DNA from: Octopus bimaculoides
Lineage: Eukaryota
Length of the DNA stretch: 64,000 nucleotides
Assembly: GCF_001194135.2 (NCBI RefSeq)
Contig: NC_068983.1
Coordinates: 87,065,273-87,129,272 of the forward strand
Direction: 5' to 3'
Both the position numbers and the translations under genes were made by a program. The notes beneath the pieces are model-generated. The model ran no database searches. It had not been told where the DNA came from and saw nothing but the letters and a program-made list of their open reading frames with translations. Of the stretch, positions 37,176 to 51,870 are shown piece after piece. The first letter of the stretch is position 1. Every line of letters starts with the position of its first letter.

Positions 37176-39027
37176 TGACCTCTTATGCTCAATTTTTATC
37201 TCAGCTTATGCTTTGTCTTTCATGTATACTAACATTACACATTCAATTGAGCATGCTTACTCCATTTTCTTCGAGCCCTTACATGTCCTCTCCATTCAGT
37301 GCCCACATTTTGCTTTCATTACACCTTGTACATTTGTGTCATACAATCTATCCTCATCCAGAGAAAGTCCTTTTTACCATCAGAAGTTATAACTTTCTAA
37401 GTGTTTTCCATCCTGTTCTTATTCTACCTATTATGCTTTTAGAGCACCCACCTTCACTACTTATTGAGTCATTATTGAGAGAACCTTTCAGTTACTTCTA
37501 TTGAGCCTACTGAGCATTTGAAAGAATTTATTTCACTAGTGCTCTTAATGTTTACTTATGTGCATCTGTTACATCAAAGTTTTCTTTGTCAGCCTGTCTA
37601 TGATCCCACTAGACTTAGTTTACATTGTGTATAAAACTACAGCTGTCACTCATTAATGAGTCTGACAGTGTTGAATGTACTATGCTTCTGCTAATTGTCT
37701 TAGGTATTGATGGAGTTGTGAGCAGACATAGATTCCCTGTCATCCCATTCTGTCTTTGATTCCAGCAGTACATTCAAGATATGGCAGCTAATGGGAGAGA
37801 GGTGTACCAGCATTCAGTTTGTACTCATTTGAGATACTTTGCTCAAGGACACAACATACTGCTTAATCCAAGAGTTGAACCCATGAGCTTATGGTTATAA
37901 GTCCACTCCCCTATTCACTAAGTCAAGCCCTTTCACACATTGGCTACGCTGTATTGAATTCCTATCTACTCTTTTTCTGCATATCAAGCATAGTCACTTC
38001 CTATATAGCAGAAGAATCTAGTCTTTCTTATTTCTTTATTGCCCACAAGGGGCTAAACATAGAGGGGACAAACAAGGACAGACAAAGGGATTAAGTCAAT
38101 TACATCGACTCCAGTGTGTAACTGGTACTTAATTTATCAACCCCAAAAGGAATTTGAACTCAGAACGTAATGGCAGATGAAATACCGCTAAGCATTTCGC
38201 CTCGTGTGCTAACGTTTCTGCCAGCTCGCTGCCTTTAATCTAGTCTTTCTTGCTAAGTAAAGCATTTGTGTTTTGCTTGGGTTATATTGATATCTCTTGG
38301 TTCTAGGCTTTACTTCCATGTTTAGCATTTCCTCCTTGCATTGTCACTTTATTCAAGATGCATATGTGTGGGTTTCCATACTTACAACAGGAACTGAATG
38401 GTACAATTGGAAGTAGAGACAACCATTGTAATAACATATGCAACCACAATATATTCTGAACTGTAATTAAACAGTTGAGTTGAATAAATTCTTGCATGGT
38501 GCCTTACTCTTATCTTCACAATATAATCATTCCTGGATATGCACAAGAGGAGCACGACCAAAATGTAAATGGATTTCTGAAGGTCATTAGGTGGAGACAC
38601 CTAACAGTTAACAACTCAAAAACTGTGGATCTGTTCAATGTCCTTGGATACTGTGTGGGGAAGGGTATCATTAAGCCATACTATGAGAACTTCCACCTCT
38701 AGAAAATTTGTGGTCCTTAAGAAGGGCACTTAGAATGTTTGCATATTGTGCCAAGTGGATCAGTGGGTTCTCTGATAAAATTCAATGGAGAAGCATTGAG
38801 ATCATTGTTGTGTACAGCAACAAATACTACACCCCATGAATGTAACTTTGCATTCCAATACTGCTTTTCCCATGAAAATTTACTGTCTTCCTGGTTAATT
38901 ACTCCTTGACCAGTACACCTCAGAACTTCATGAAGTGCAAATGTACTTTTTTTTAACATATATTGTTGGATCCTATTTCAGTTCTCAGTATAGATGCTAA
39001 TTTTAATTGAAGCTCTATTTCTTTTAG

Positions 39028-39132
39028 AACTTTGAAGACATATGTTGAAGAAAATGTTGGAGCATCAGACAAAACCAAAATAAATTTGAATCAACTTCTA
39101 GAAAAAGAATGGCAGATGTATCAATCTTCCAG
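39028..39132 (+). CDS. ESPL1: Separase exon 8
   Basis: ttcttttag|A; TLKTYVEENVG...LLEKEWQMYQSS; AG|GTTTGG; phase 2/2. Confidence 0.8.
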
Positions 39133-42011
39133 GTTTGGAAAATTTTGTTGTTTATTAATATAAAATTATTTACTTTTTATGTTTTGTATTTATCTATTCC
39201 ATATTGGTACAGATAGATAGTTATGCAAATTTGAAATTCTCTGGTCACAACTTAATCATTGGTTACTTTGTTAGCAATTACTCATGTTTTAACTTTTTGT
39301 TTTTTCTCTGAAAAGAAATTCAAGTATTCTTGAAACATTTTGGTCATATTCAGTTTACAAAGTTTTCAAATGAAGTTGAAGATGATTGGTTTTGTATGCA
39401 AAATCTAAAAGAGCCCTGCATTTTAATGATGGTTTAGTGGGAAATATATTGGATATCTGTGTAAGTTTGAATCCACTGCAGGCATTTCATTGTGTTTCTT
39501 AGCTGTTGGGGAATGATGCCAGATCATTTGGAAATGTTAATAGTCTTGTGTTCTGTTCAGGTAATATTTATCTTTTATATTTCAAGACAAGTGATCAGAG
39601 TTAAGCACTGACTCTTGACAGTCTCTCAGTGTTGAGGTGGCATTTACATAGTCATTTAATGTCTGCTTTCCATGCTGATATGGGTTGGATAGTTTGACAG
39701 AACTAGAAAGCTGTGGAGCTCCAGTGTCATCATTAGCATGGTTTCTATGGTTGGATGCCCTTCTTAATGCCAACCACATCACAGAGTGTACTTGGTGCTT
39801 TTTTCATGTCACTGGCACCAGTGAGGTTGCCCTATAAAAAAAGAGCAGGGGAAAAAGCTCCCACTACTAAGAAGTATTTGGGAGAGGAAGCTGGAGGTGG
39901 GTGGCTTTATACTAAGTGCTAGAAGTCTAAAGCATGATAAAGGGACAAGCACAGGTGTCTTGCAATAGAGGAGATACATAGCTGAAGAAGATAAAAGGAA
40001 GGTAGTGATGGGGGTGCTAGAGCAAACACTCAAGAAACAAGAAGGTGAGCATCAGAGAGGACATGGCCACTGGGTCATGGGAGGGAATGAGAGTGGATGC
40101 TTTCTTTTTCATACATTTATGAAAATTATTGATGATGAGCTAATTTTCTGTTTTAATTTTACTAAACATTACTTGTTTCTTTTACAGTCTATTCAAATAG
40201 AAGTTAAAAAGAAAAATAGTTGTTGTTTTGTGTAGCACCACATCAATTCTGATGGAGCAGACTTATTGCATGTAGTTAGTCGAACAATTAGGTATGATCT
40301 GCAGATCTAAAGCCTTGGATATGCTATTCCTTCATCTAGTTGAGAACTGTACTGAATATCATTACATGCAATGGTTAATAGTATGTAAGATGTTTGTGTT
40401 AATGGTGTATATACTGTTTATATAACATTCAGAAAGTAGAGTGTTAGGGAGATATTTATTCACTTAGAGTTTTGACTAAAAAGCATTTTATACTAAATTC
40501 CACAATATTTGAATTTTATCCCATATAAATATTAGTTAGGCATTGGTATCAGTCATCTTTGGTCTATCCTGACACAAAAGAGCTTTGTTAGTAATAGTCC
40601 TGTTATTGTTGTTTACCCTCAGTCAAACTTGAATAAGTAAACTTATGATCAAAAGCATTTCAACCATGACCATCTTGTCTTTCTTTGTTTTTGATGCATA
40701 TCTGATCATATTAACCAATGTTTTCACCCTTGTTGAAGATAGTGGGGTTTAATTTGAATGAGATTTGGTTGCATTTTCTAGCAGTCAAAATGAATAGAGG
40801 TGTTAGGTGAGACTAAACATCAAACTAAACGTATTGTTATTTAGTTTTGACCCTCTTGGTTTTGAAATCAATTCTCATTAAGATTGTCTTTGCCTGCCAT
40901 CCCCTCCAGGGATGTTAAGGTACCAGTAATATACTAGAGTTGTTGCAATTAATCACATCCTTTACCACCAACAATAATTTGGCTTGTACTATTGTAAGGT
41001 AGTAATTAGCAGAGTTGTTACAGCATTGAACAGAATGCTTCATTATAGTTGTTCCAACTCTAAGCACTCTGAATTCAAATCTTGCTGAAGTCAATTTTGC
41101 CTTTTATTCTCTCAGGGGTCAGCAAAAAAGTACAGTCCAAAGTAGCTGGATTAGCAGAACTATAAGAATGTTGGATCAGTTGCCTTGCGGTATTGTTCTA
41201 GCTCTTTGCATTCTGAGTTCAAATCACACCATGGTCTTCTTTGGTACTAGACTTAACCTTTCGCCTGGTTTAACATCACCACCTGGCACTTTGGTTGTCG
41301 TTCGTGGAGTCTACGCTGTTGCAAGCATACAGAGTAGGTTTCCAGTTTGCAGATACCTTCCTCTCTCTTTCCCATCAATTCAAAGACTCTATTGGATCAT
41401 GAGCATTGCCTTCCCTCCTGACTGAAAGATAAAAAAAAAAAGAGGTAATCCTATTATTATGGAGGGTTCTGTGGTTTGATCATCATGTCTTCGTAAATTT
41501 GGAGTTACTTTATTTATTCTTTATCCTTTAGAGAAAAGTATGAACTTCACAATGTCTTATTACTATTTCTATAAACTGAAAGTATTATTCTTACATAAGA
41601 AATCAGTATTATTCAGGCAATATTTCAAATGGGGGAGAGTTTCAGGAGAGGGTTTTGTTTTCCAATAAGGATAGTTTAATCTTTTTTTCTCACCAGATTT
41701 CATATGGGAATGTAATGAATTGGCAGTAATAAGAGGGTCAGTTAAAATGCTTTGTGGTATTTGTTCTAGTTATCTGTTCTCTGAGTTAAATTTCTGCTGA
41801 GGCTAACTTTGTTTTCAATTCCATCCTTTAACTGGAGGAAGAAAGATAAAATTACCATCCTTAAAAGGATATAACCAAACGTTAAAAAGTATTTTCTCAA
41901 TCGCTCCACTGATACTGCCATCTATTTTCCAAAGCTATAGGTTTCAGAAACCATTAATCTGTATTCTGAATTATAAATTGTTTTTAATATTTTGCTGTTT
42001 CTGTATTTTAG

Positions 42012-42152
42012 TAATTTCAGGAAAAGCCAGAGAGATCTTGCCATTTCTATGTTAGCTGAACTTTCAAAATCTGCTGCTACAACATATCAGAAATGCTTTT
42101 ATCTCTATGAACTTGCCCAACTTTTGTGGCTGAATACTCAAAAAGATGGAAA
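42012..42152 (+). CDS. ESPL1: Separase exon 9 (alternative in-frame start at 42021)
   Basis: NFRKSQRDLAISMLAELSK...YELAQLLWLNTQKDG; AA|GTAAGA; phase 2/2. Confidence 0.8.
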
Positions 42153-42412
42153 GTAAGACTTCTTTAGGTTTCTACTCTTAATTTTTTAAATATATGTACT
42201 TCTGGGTGGTGCGATTAAAAAATTTAGTTTAAGACCACATGCTTTAGGGTTCACTCCCATTGCACAGACCCTATCAACTTGTGTCTTCTACTATAACTGC
42301 AAGTTGACCAGTGCCTTATAAATGTCAGAAACTGGAAGAAGCTTGTTGTATATATAAATACATATCATCATCAATATTTAACACCCGTATGGTGTGAAGA
42401 CAAATAAAATAC

Positions 42413-42460
42413 ACACACACATCCATTCATCCATCCATCCATCCATTCATCCATCCATTC

Positions 42461-42492
<32 letters not shown>

Positions 42493-42494
42493 CG

Positions 42495-42545
<51 letters not shown>
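42413..42545. repeat. Compound microsatellite (TCCA)n(TCTA)n(TA)n(CA)n
   Basis: Directly visible. Other microsatellites: (GA)n ~3107-3140; (TA)n ~6070-6102, 9002-9048 and 46302-46334. Confidence 0.9.
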
Positions 42546-42549
<4 letters not shown>

Positions 42550-43340
42550 GGTTTGATTACATCTTGTATATGTTCTTTCCACTTTCATCAATTATGTTAG
42601 TTGGGTGTATATAATTTTTCTTTTGTTGTATGTAAAGGTAAACATTAGAGTAGTTGAGTTTTATTGATAAATAAGATATTTCAGTTTTGTTTGAGTTTTT
42701 AAAATGTTATTTATACTCAATTTCTTTTATTGTAAAAGATTTAAGTAAGGATATTGTGAGAGGATTACATCTGGATACTCTTCTGGCAAAGACTGTGGCT
42801 TCTCATTACTTTTAAATGTTGACGGTCCTTAAAAGTGTCCAATTGCTTGGTTAATAGAAATGTAAAATAAAATTGATCACATCATATGTTAGGTGATGTA
42901 ATATGTAATTAACCTTTCTTTCTTTTTGTTAAAGTAATAGGCAGCAAATTGGTAGAGTCGTTAGCATGTGCATTAGAGTGCCTTTCAGTATTTGTTTTGA
43001 CACTGGGTGCTCTGAATTCAACTTTGCCTTTCATCCTTTTGGGTTGATAAATAATGTGGATTTGTAAAACTTTTGGACTTGATACCTTGTGATATTTGTT
43101 CTGATTTGAAATTTTGCTGTGGCCTACTTGGGTGGTAGACTTGATCCTTCACCCAGTTTCACATCACATCCTCACCCCTCAGTATCCTTCCTCCCACCTC
43201 TAAGCTAGTTCAGAGACTCTGAAGGGCCATGAGCACTACCTTCCCTCCCAATTAAAAATATGCTTGATTTGAGTCTACAGAGACTTGAAATCCCAAATAG
43301 TCTAATTGCTGATCATGTACTCTCATAAATTTAGCTTTAA

Positions 43341-43546
43341 CCCTTTTGATACCAACTTGTATGAGACTGCACTTGGTTCTATGATACAAACTTTCTGTTT
43401 TAAATTGATCTAAGTTAAAACTTTCTCTCAAAGTTTCGTGTCAATTCCTGTTCCAAGCACCAGCTTAATAATGACTGAATTAATTATTAAATTCTTCATT
43501 ATTTTCAAAATTAATTGGAACAAAAGAAATATAGTAATGAAAGGGT
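43341..43546. mobile_element. piggyBac-like MITE
   Basis: TTAA|CCCTTT ... AAAGGG|TTAA; related fragments near 12900-13000 and 16970-17180. Confidence 0.65.
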
Positions 43547-44089
43547 TAATTCAAAGCAAAGTGGAATTAATAGTAGGACTATTAACTCCTCTTAACATCC
43601 TATTGAAAATTTTGTAAGTCAAAAGTTGACCCAATCCCATTATGATTCTATTACAGAAATGAATGTTAGAAGATGAGGTTAGAGTCTTTTAGATTAGTGA
43701 GTTCCTCATTACTTTCAAAATTGTATGATTCTTGTGATATTGTGCATTTCAGGACTGGCTGACTGATGTACCCTTATGTGGAATTGTGTTGTTTGAAAAA
43801 TTAAGTGTTAATGTTGTCATGTACAAAATGGATTGTGTTACAGATTAGATTATAAACTATGTATAAGATGTTGTTATAAGACAAGAGAAATGTATTGTTT
43901 TGTTTGTCCTCTGATAGAAACAAAAGTTAAGTTGGGGTGAAATATGAAGGTTTTGTGCACTTTAAAACTCATAAACATACTCAAGTGGTTCATGTATTTT
44001 GTACACATTCTGTGATCAATGTGATCACGAGTCATAAATTGAAATTTGATACCCATACCCACTATTGCTATGTTTTTTCCTTTACTCAG

Positions 44090-44228
44090 ATGCGGTAAAG
44101 ATTACCTTCTTGAAGCTATTGAATTGATGACGCCACTGTTTCCATCTGCTTCCTCAAAGGAGAAAATTCTGTTTGGTCAAGCTAATCTTTTACTTTATAT
44201 ATTTGAACATGAAGACTTCTGCCAAAAG
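44090..44228 (+). CDS. ESPL1: Separase exon 10
   Basis: cctttactcag|A; CGKDYLLEAIELM...QANLLLYIFEHEDFCQK; AAG|GTTATT; phase 2/0. Confidence 0.8.
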
Positions 44229-45782
44229 GTTATTGTCGCATTCAATTTTTTATTCAGTTAACAAAAAAAAACTATTAGTTTTTTTAATCTTTTTAGTCAT
44301 TTTTAAAATATTTAATGTCAGTTATTTTAATTTTATATTTTGTAATCAAAGAATAATTACTCAAATACTTACTGAACATACATAAGGAGTTACAATTCTT
44401 CTTTTTCTTTTAATTAAGAATTATTTTATGAATGAGTCACACTCTTATATGAAATGTTTAAGCTAAACTCTTTCTGTGTAGAAATTATTATCCATTAATA
44501 TTATTATTATTATTAATAAGGCATTGGATGATTGACAAAGTTGTTAGAGCAGTGGATAATATGCTTTACAGTATTTATTCCAGCTTTTATGATCTGAGTT
44601 CAAATCTCACCAAAGTTGACTTTGTATGTATGAGTTATGTTCTGAGATCAATTTAATCATCTATCACCACCGTATTTAATTTCTGGCCTTGTGCCTGTGT
44701 TAGAAATAATTGTTATAATTATTACAAGTAGATTGGTAGAATCATTAAAGTGCCAATTAACACCCTACCCTCAAAACTGTTGGTTTTGTGCCTTTACTGG
44801 AAATTATAACAAGATGTGGATGGCAGTAATAGTAGAGATGGACAAAATGCCTTGTAGTATCTAATTACTACACTTTATGTTCTGAATTTAAATCTTGCTT
44901 AGATCCACTTTACCTTTTATATTCCAGTGTCAATAAAATAACTACTAGCTGAGCAAACAAAGGATCATCTGTTTATTTTCTCAATATGTTAGATATAGTA
45001 ACTAACTTACCCTTCAAGTTATACCCTACCATCTTAAATAGGGACATGACGTATTGGATCTCTTAGAAGAAATGGGATTATCATGATTGCTAATTCTTTG
45101 CTTATAGGTGTGCTGGATCAGGACTGACCTGGGGCTAAATGATAACAAATAACTATCAGTCAAGTACTAGAGAGAGCATAATTGATTAGACCCTGCACTT
45201 GTTTTCTTAAATTGCATGTTGAATTGTGTCTTATTAAAAGATTGGTCATCATTGTCTTAATTTTACATCTGTTTTTCCAAGCTGGCATCAGTAGGATGGG
45301 TTCATTTTACTCAGCACCATTTTACTTGTAAAGACCCCTCATCATCTCTTTTGTGAGGCCTAGTATTCTTAGATCAAACCTCGTCACTAAGTTGAGGTTT
45401 GATTACATCTTGTATATGCTCTTTCCACTTTCATCATTTATGTTAGTTGGTTGTGTATATAATTTTTCTTTTGTTGTTTGTAAAGATAAACATTAGAGTA
45501 GTTGAGTTTTATTGATAAATAAGATATTTCAGTTTTGTATGAGTTTTTAAAATGTTATTTATACTCAATTTCTTTTATTGTAAAAGATTTAAGTAAGGAT
45601 ATTGTGAGATATTCTTCTGTGATCAATGTGATCCTTTAAGTAAGGATATTGTGAGATAACTGGATATTCTTCTTTTTCTTACTGCTGCTATTAAATGCTT
45701 GTAATTATGAATTTTAAATTTTCTTTATTTCTATTCTTCAAAGAGTTTATATTAACCTGAATTAATTTTTTTTTACTTTCAG

Positions 45783-46025
45783 TGTGCTAAAGGTTTCAAA
45801 TCTGATGATGAAAATATTGAAGTGGACAAGGTTTCAGAAGAGAATCAATTTCAGCTTAGTCTAAAGAGGGAATTTGATCTAATGGAGAAACTGGAATTAT
45901 TTTTGGAAATATTTGAGAAATTATTTGGTGATAAGAAGACATTTGATGACATGCCAGCTATACAAATTACACAAATTCTACAAACTCTTCTTCTTGCCAA
46001 TTCTATTTACACCTTAACTCTCAAG
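45783..46025 (+). CDS. ESPL1: Separase exon 11
   Basis: tttactttcag|TGT; CAKGFKSDDENIE...LANSIYTLTLK; AAG|GTAAGG; phase 0/0. Confidence 0.85.
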
Positions 46026-46299
46026 GTAAGGTCTACATACATACATACGTATGTATGTATGTATATTAAAGTAACACACTTGGTCGTGTTAACAAAGGGG
46101 TGTGGGTTTGACTCCCATGTGGATAGGAAAGCCTTCTTTTTTCTGTCGAGGGCTTATATGCCCCTTTATTATACTATTTTCCTTAGTCATTGCATGGTGA
46201 TCGCCAGAAGCTTTAAGTTTATATAAAAGTACCATTATTATTATTTACAGGATTGTAAATCATGGCGCTATAATAAAAAAAACCATTTGCTCTGAAAGC

Positions 46300-46353
<54 letters not shown>

Positions 46354-46373
46354 GTGCACATGCACTCACACAC

Positions 46374-46410
<37 letters not shown>

Positions 46411-48496
46411 TTTAGTCAATCAAATTCCAACAAAGTTTGATTTTCATATTTTTGTATTTTTTACAATTTTACAATATTACATATTACAATAATATGAGTA
46501 CTTTCATGCTTTTTGTAATCTTCAGGTTTATGCAGTAACAGTTATTAACAGACAGTTGTGCTTCATGACAACTTATCAGTTGTGAAGGACAACTGTCTGT
46601 TAAAACTGTCATTGCATAAGCATGAAAGTACTTGTATTATTGTAAAATTGTAAAAAATACAAAAATAAAATGTAAAAATCAGATATGTTGGAATTTGATT
46701 GACTACTATATTTATCTATACACACCATCATCCTCATTTAACATCAGTCTTCCATGCTGGTATTGGATGGGTAGTTTGGCAGATGAGAAGCCGCAGAGCT
46801 GCATCAGGCTCCGATTGTCTGTTTTGGCATGGTTTCTATGTCTGGATGTCCTTCCTAATGCCACTTTGTTGTGTGTGTGTGCTGGGTGCTTTTTATGTGA
46901 CATCAGCACAAATGCTTTTTGCATGACACCAGCATAGGTACTTTTTATGTGGCACCAGTACCAGTGGGATCGCCAAGCAGCTTTTAAAACAACAGGCCAT
47001 TTAGCTGAGAAAGGGAGTGAAACTGAGGGAAGAAACTGTGTGTGCCAGGTGGGAGGTTAGTGTATAATAGGGCAGTATAGTTGTCTTACTATTGAGGAGA
47101 CACTTGATTACCCCAATAGGATAAGGAAGGTGGGAGAGAGAGAGAGAGAAATGGATGGTGTTGGAGATGTATTGGGGTCTCCCTACAGGGAACAGGAAGA
47201 GGGAGTATAAGTGGTACAGAGGGGATAGTGGAGGATGGTGAGAGAAAGTAGAGTGGCTGGAAGAGGAGTATGATAGATATATATATTCAACTTCTGTCTC
47301 TCCTTCTCCCACATATACACATACATGTGTTTATGTGAAAGAGAAAAGTTGGATATGAGAGGACTGTACAGACTTGTAGATGAAGGATGTATATGAAATG
47401 CTCTGCTGGAAAATAACCCATTGAATGCATGAAAGTATAGAGAAAGAGATGATGATGTGTAAACTAACTTTGATATATATATATATAGTCTATTGGGTTA
47501 ATCTGTATCTTAGAAAATGATTTAGTCATTGAATAGTTAAGCATCTTTTCTTTTCTTATTTACAAACATTAAAAAGATTTTTCAACTAATGTTTCCTCTT
47601 TCGTTTGTTAGTTGAATGTTTGTAGTGTTGAGAAGTGTATTTATTAAAATAAATGCTTAGGCATGTCTGGTAAAGTTTTTGTAGTTCTCTATCATCCATA
47701 TCATCCATGTAAGCCTGAAAATCATTAGATAGAAGATGTACTCTGGATTTTGAGACTATATTTGTTTTTTCCTTAAAGTTATCAGTTTAATCTTGCTTTG
47801 CTATTCCTTGTATTGAAACAGATCAGCTGTTTTGTAAATGTGTTTGTCATCTCATTTTACACCTGTTCTCCTATAATTCTTGAATTCACATACCCAAATC
47901 TGTGTTATTGATGCTAGATTTGTAACTAGATACTTTATATGGCACTACTCATTCTGTTACAAAATTACTATCCATTTTACAACTGAGATGAGTAAAATAA
48001 TTTGCTTTTGTTAAAACACTATAATATTCACTTGAGTGCAGTGCATACTTCTCCTAATGTGATATTTCTCCTACATCTTGCATTTCAAATCAATGGCATA
48101 ATTTATCCTTATGTTTTTTTTTACTTTTTACACTCATATATAATGGTAACTTATAATTTTGACTAGTGTTTGGTATTTAATTTCTTCTATTGTATACATG
48201 TAAATATTGTATTATGTGCCACTCCTGCATTCAAAGAACTTTATTCTGGGGGACTACATGTAGTCTTTTATGTCCCTGCTGTACAGTAACCTTTTAAGCT
48301 TGCCTTAATTGAGTCAATCTTACTTGTCTCTCTATAATCTTTCTGAAACAAAATGCCCAAATGTCAGTGCTATAATAATTATCTAAAATAATAAACATCG
48401 TTTCTGCATTTTTTTTTATTATTAAAAAAAATTGATTGATTTAAAAAACACAACCAGCATATTTTCAACCTACATCTTTTCTTTTCTTATTTCTAG

Positions 48497-48772
48497 CCCC
48501 TGCATTCACTTCGTATATTGACAGTTGCTCTGCAAGTAGTTAATTTATCAGCTAATGTATCTGTTGAACTGCGCCATAAAATCATCTTGCATTTTTGTAG
48601 TACTCTTTCTTCTTTTGGTGCTGTGGAAGAAGCATGGTCTATATTAAATGCTATGTCTGATTCTGCATCAGATGCCAGTACAACTGCTAATATCAACAGT
48701 GAGGATTCTGAAACTATGAGTTCACTTTTAAAGATGCTTACTCATGTAGAATTATTTTTGAAACAAAAGCAG
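48497..48772 (+). CDS. ESPL1: Separase exon 12
   Basis: tatttctag|CCC; PLHSLRILTVALQ...HVELFLKQKQ; CAG|GTATGG; phase 0/0. Confidence 0.85.
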
Positions 48773-49025
48773 GTATGGATAATTTTCATATTTTTATTCT
48801 TGTCTTTTCCAAAGTTGTATTACTATATATTAGAATCAATCTTCTTTAAAGCTTGCTTGCTCTTATTTGCAGAATTCTTGATAAAAAATATTGTTGCATG
48901 TTCGCAAAAATACTGGATTATGGTAAATTAGATTTTCTAAATGTTGATATTTGTTCATATAATTTATTAATGTTAGCATACATTAACATTAGCATACATT
49001 ATAAATTTATGCTTTTATTTATGTA

Positions 49026-50164
49026 TTAGGGTGTTTGGAAAGTAATTATATTTTTTCCCCACTATGAAATATGAATGAACCAACCACATCAGAGTCAAGG
49101 TTGAATGGGTGGGAATTGTCTAGAAATAGTATATCATCTCTTCTATCTGGCAGTGTGTCATTCATATTTATTTTGGTAATTAACGCTATGGAGGATAAGA
49201 ATTTTATGAACCAACATATTTGCCATTGCTTACTGTATGAGTTTTGAAAGAAAAGTACCGCTACAGAAGCAATGAAAAGCATTTCTGAAGTTTATCCAGA
49301 TGCAGTGAAAGCTCATACATGTCAGCTGTGGTTTAAAAGGTTTAATGATGTCACTTGTGACATATCTGACAAGCCTCACTCCGGAAGACAACCTTTTGAA
49401 TGAGACTATTGTATTGGATCCACGTTAAAGCACCAGAGATTTGGTGTAAAAATTTAATGTGTCATCTCCAACTATCCACAAACATCTCAAGCAAGTTGGG
49501 AAAACATGCAAAGAGGGAATTTGGGTTCCACATGAGCTTACACTTGAGAACTGAACACAACATTCCACCATCTGCAGCAATCTTCTAATCAGGAATAACA
49601 ACCTGTCATTTCTGCAGTGCACTGATACAGGTAGCAAAAAATGGGTTTTGCATCACGTCCATTATGAGCTACTGGAACATGGAAGGACCATCAATGCAGA
49701 TATCTATTGCCAACAACTTGATTGTGTAAATAAAAAATTACGTTGGAAGAGACCAGCTTCAGTAAATAGAAAAGTTTATTCTCCAGCATGATAATCATGA
49801 CCACACTCTTCAAAACAAACTCAAGAAAGTATAAAATCGCTAGGATGGGAAGTTCTTCCACATCCTCCATACTCACTTGACTTAGCACCTATAGATTTCC
49901 TTCTGTTCCAATCACTAGAACATTTTATAAGAGGCAAAACATTCAGAAACAGAGGGGAGGTTGAAAACTGTCTTTTGAATTTTTTCTTCAGAAAAAGAAA
50001 TGGGTTTCTATGAACATGGCATAAAAAAGTTATTTTCCTGTTGGGCTGTAGTCATTGAAAATGATGGTGATTACATTCTTGATTAAAACTATTTAGATAA
50101 ATGTAGTTTACATTCGTTTTTATATCCTTTCTGGTAAAACACAATTACTTACTGAACACCCTAA
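49026..50164 (+). mobile_element. Degenerate mariner (DD34D) transposon
   Basis: TA-flanked TIRs ttagggtgtttggaaagtaatt / aattacttactgaacaccctaa. Remnant YELLEHGRTINADIYCQQL, LQHDN and GWEVLPHPPYSLDLAPIDF. Confidence 0.85.
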
Positions 50165-50222
50165 TATATATATAAACATTATCGCATTCTGAATAGCATT
50201 CTAAAATGTCTTGTGCTTTCAG

Positions 50223-50508
50223 TTTACCAAGGGTATTGAACTAAATCAAAAGGTTGCATCTCATGAAATCTTCCAAACAAACAAAACCAAACTTGCTTGT
50301 GCCATTCTAGGATTTTCTAAACGTCTTTCGTCAAAGCTGAAACTTGTTCCTGCTACAAATAGTGATTGCTCTGATAACAGCTATTCCTATGATGAGTCAC
50401 CACTAGAATTTGCTTATGAATCTGTGAGAATGTATTCAACTATAGTGCAGTACCTTAATAAACCAAATAACTTTGATTCATATACCTGTACTCCATTTGC
50501 TGATATAG
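50223..50508 (+). CDS. ESPL1: Separase exon 13
   Basis: gctttcag|TTT; FTKGIELNQK...CTPFADI; G|GTATGT; phase 0/1. Confidence 0.83.
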
Positions 50509-51099
50509 GTATGTGATACTAGATTGTATTTGTACTTCCTAATGTTTGTTTTGGAATTATTAAAATTTTTTTTGTTTTTTATGTTCATCAGTTTTGGCAA
50601 TTATCAACTTTCATAAATGCAGATAAATTTCCCAATTACTACAGTTGGTTGTAGAACCTGATAATAGTTGATAAACAACAAGTAATACTATGTTTAAAGT
50701 ATACCCCACTCATTTTTCGTTTCCTTAACAGAAGAATTATTTGATTTCATATTAACCAATAAGTTAATGAATGAAAACAAATGAATTTACCTTACATGTC
50801 AATATTTGATTATATTTTTCTCTATTATAGCCATTAATATATTGAAAGCTGTTATATTGCTTTGTACGAATGTGTGTGTCAGTATGTTTCTATTGAATTT
50901 TTTATTTTTGTTTTGCATAGAGTTGATTTCATTTAAAAAAAATTTTTTTATATAACTTGTGGTTTGTCTAGTATATAACATTGAATGGGGTTAGGCTGTG
51001 TCCCTATATTGAAATATCTTACTAAAAAGGCCAGTAGAGGTGGGGATAAAATAAAAATGTTTTGTTAAATAATTTGGACTATCTACCTTTAAGCAAGTA

Positions 51100-51436
51100 C
51101 TGTATTTGATGGTCTACAATACGCACGAGTGCATAGGACGCACCCTAGCATAGGCTATACTTTTGTAAAATAAATTATCTCTAAAATAATGTTTTAATTC
51201 CTCCACTTACCTGTATAATTTTGTTATTACTGGAAATTATAAGCAATTTATTGCATCTACATTCGATATAAACATACCGTAGGCTAGGCTACTAGGCTAC
51301 ATCTACGTGATCTCTGATGTATAATTTTGGCCAACATTTGCGAGTTTTGAACCTACATTGAGTGCATTGGACGCAGGAGGATTTTTTAGGCCATTTTTGG
51401 GTAAAAATGGTGCACCTTATAGGTCATCAAATACAG
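51100..51436. mobile_element. pogo/Tigger-like MITE
   Basis: TA|CTGTATTTGATG...CATCAAATACAG|TA with ~28-bp imperfect TIRs. Confidence 0.78.
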
Positions 51437-51870
51437 TAAATAGCACCTAATTTATTTTTGTATGGATATACTGAAGTGGTGCACATTATTTCAATTCTTT
51501 TCAACAATTTAATTTTGATCATCTTCCAATTTTAAAATAATTTAAACATTTTGTTAAGTAAAATTGTCCAGGTAATCATCATTCCAGTCGAGATTAAACA
51601 CCAAACTAATGAAGAACAATTAAAACCTGTGTAATTAAGTGTTCTTTATTTCTGCCAAAATCTCTCTAAAGAATCACAAGGGTGAATGTGATTTATTTTT
51701 TACTAACATCATATATTTGCAACCAGCATTTTATTTAGTGTACTATTTTTATCATCCTCCTCCACTTCTTTACAATGTTAAATTAGAGGTTTTGTTATAT
51801 TTTACAAAATTTTATACTCTTGTTCCTTGCAACATTTTAACAGCTAAAGCTATTTTAAATTGTATTTCAG

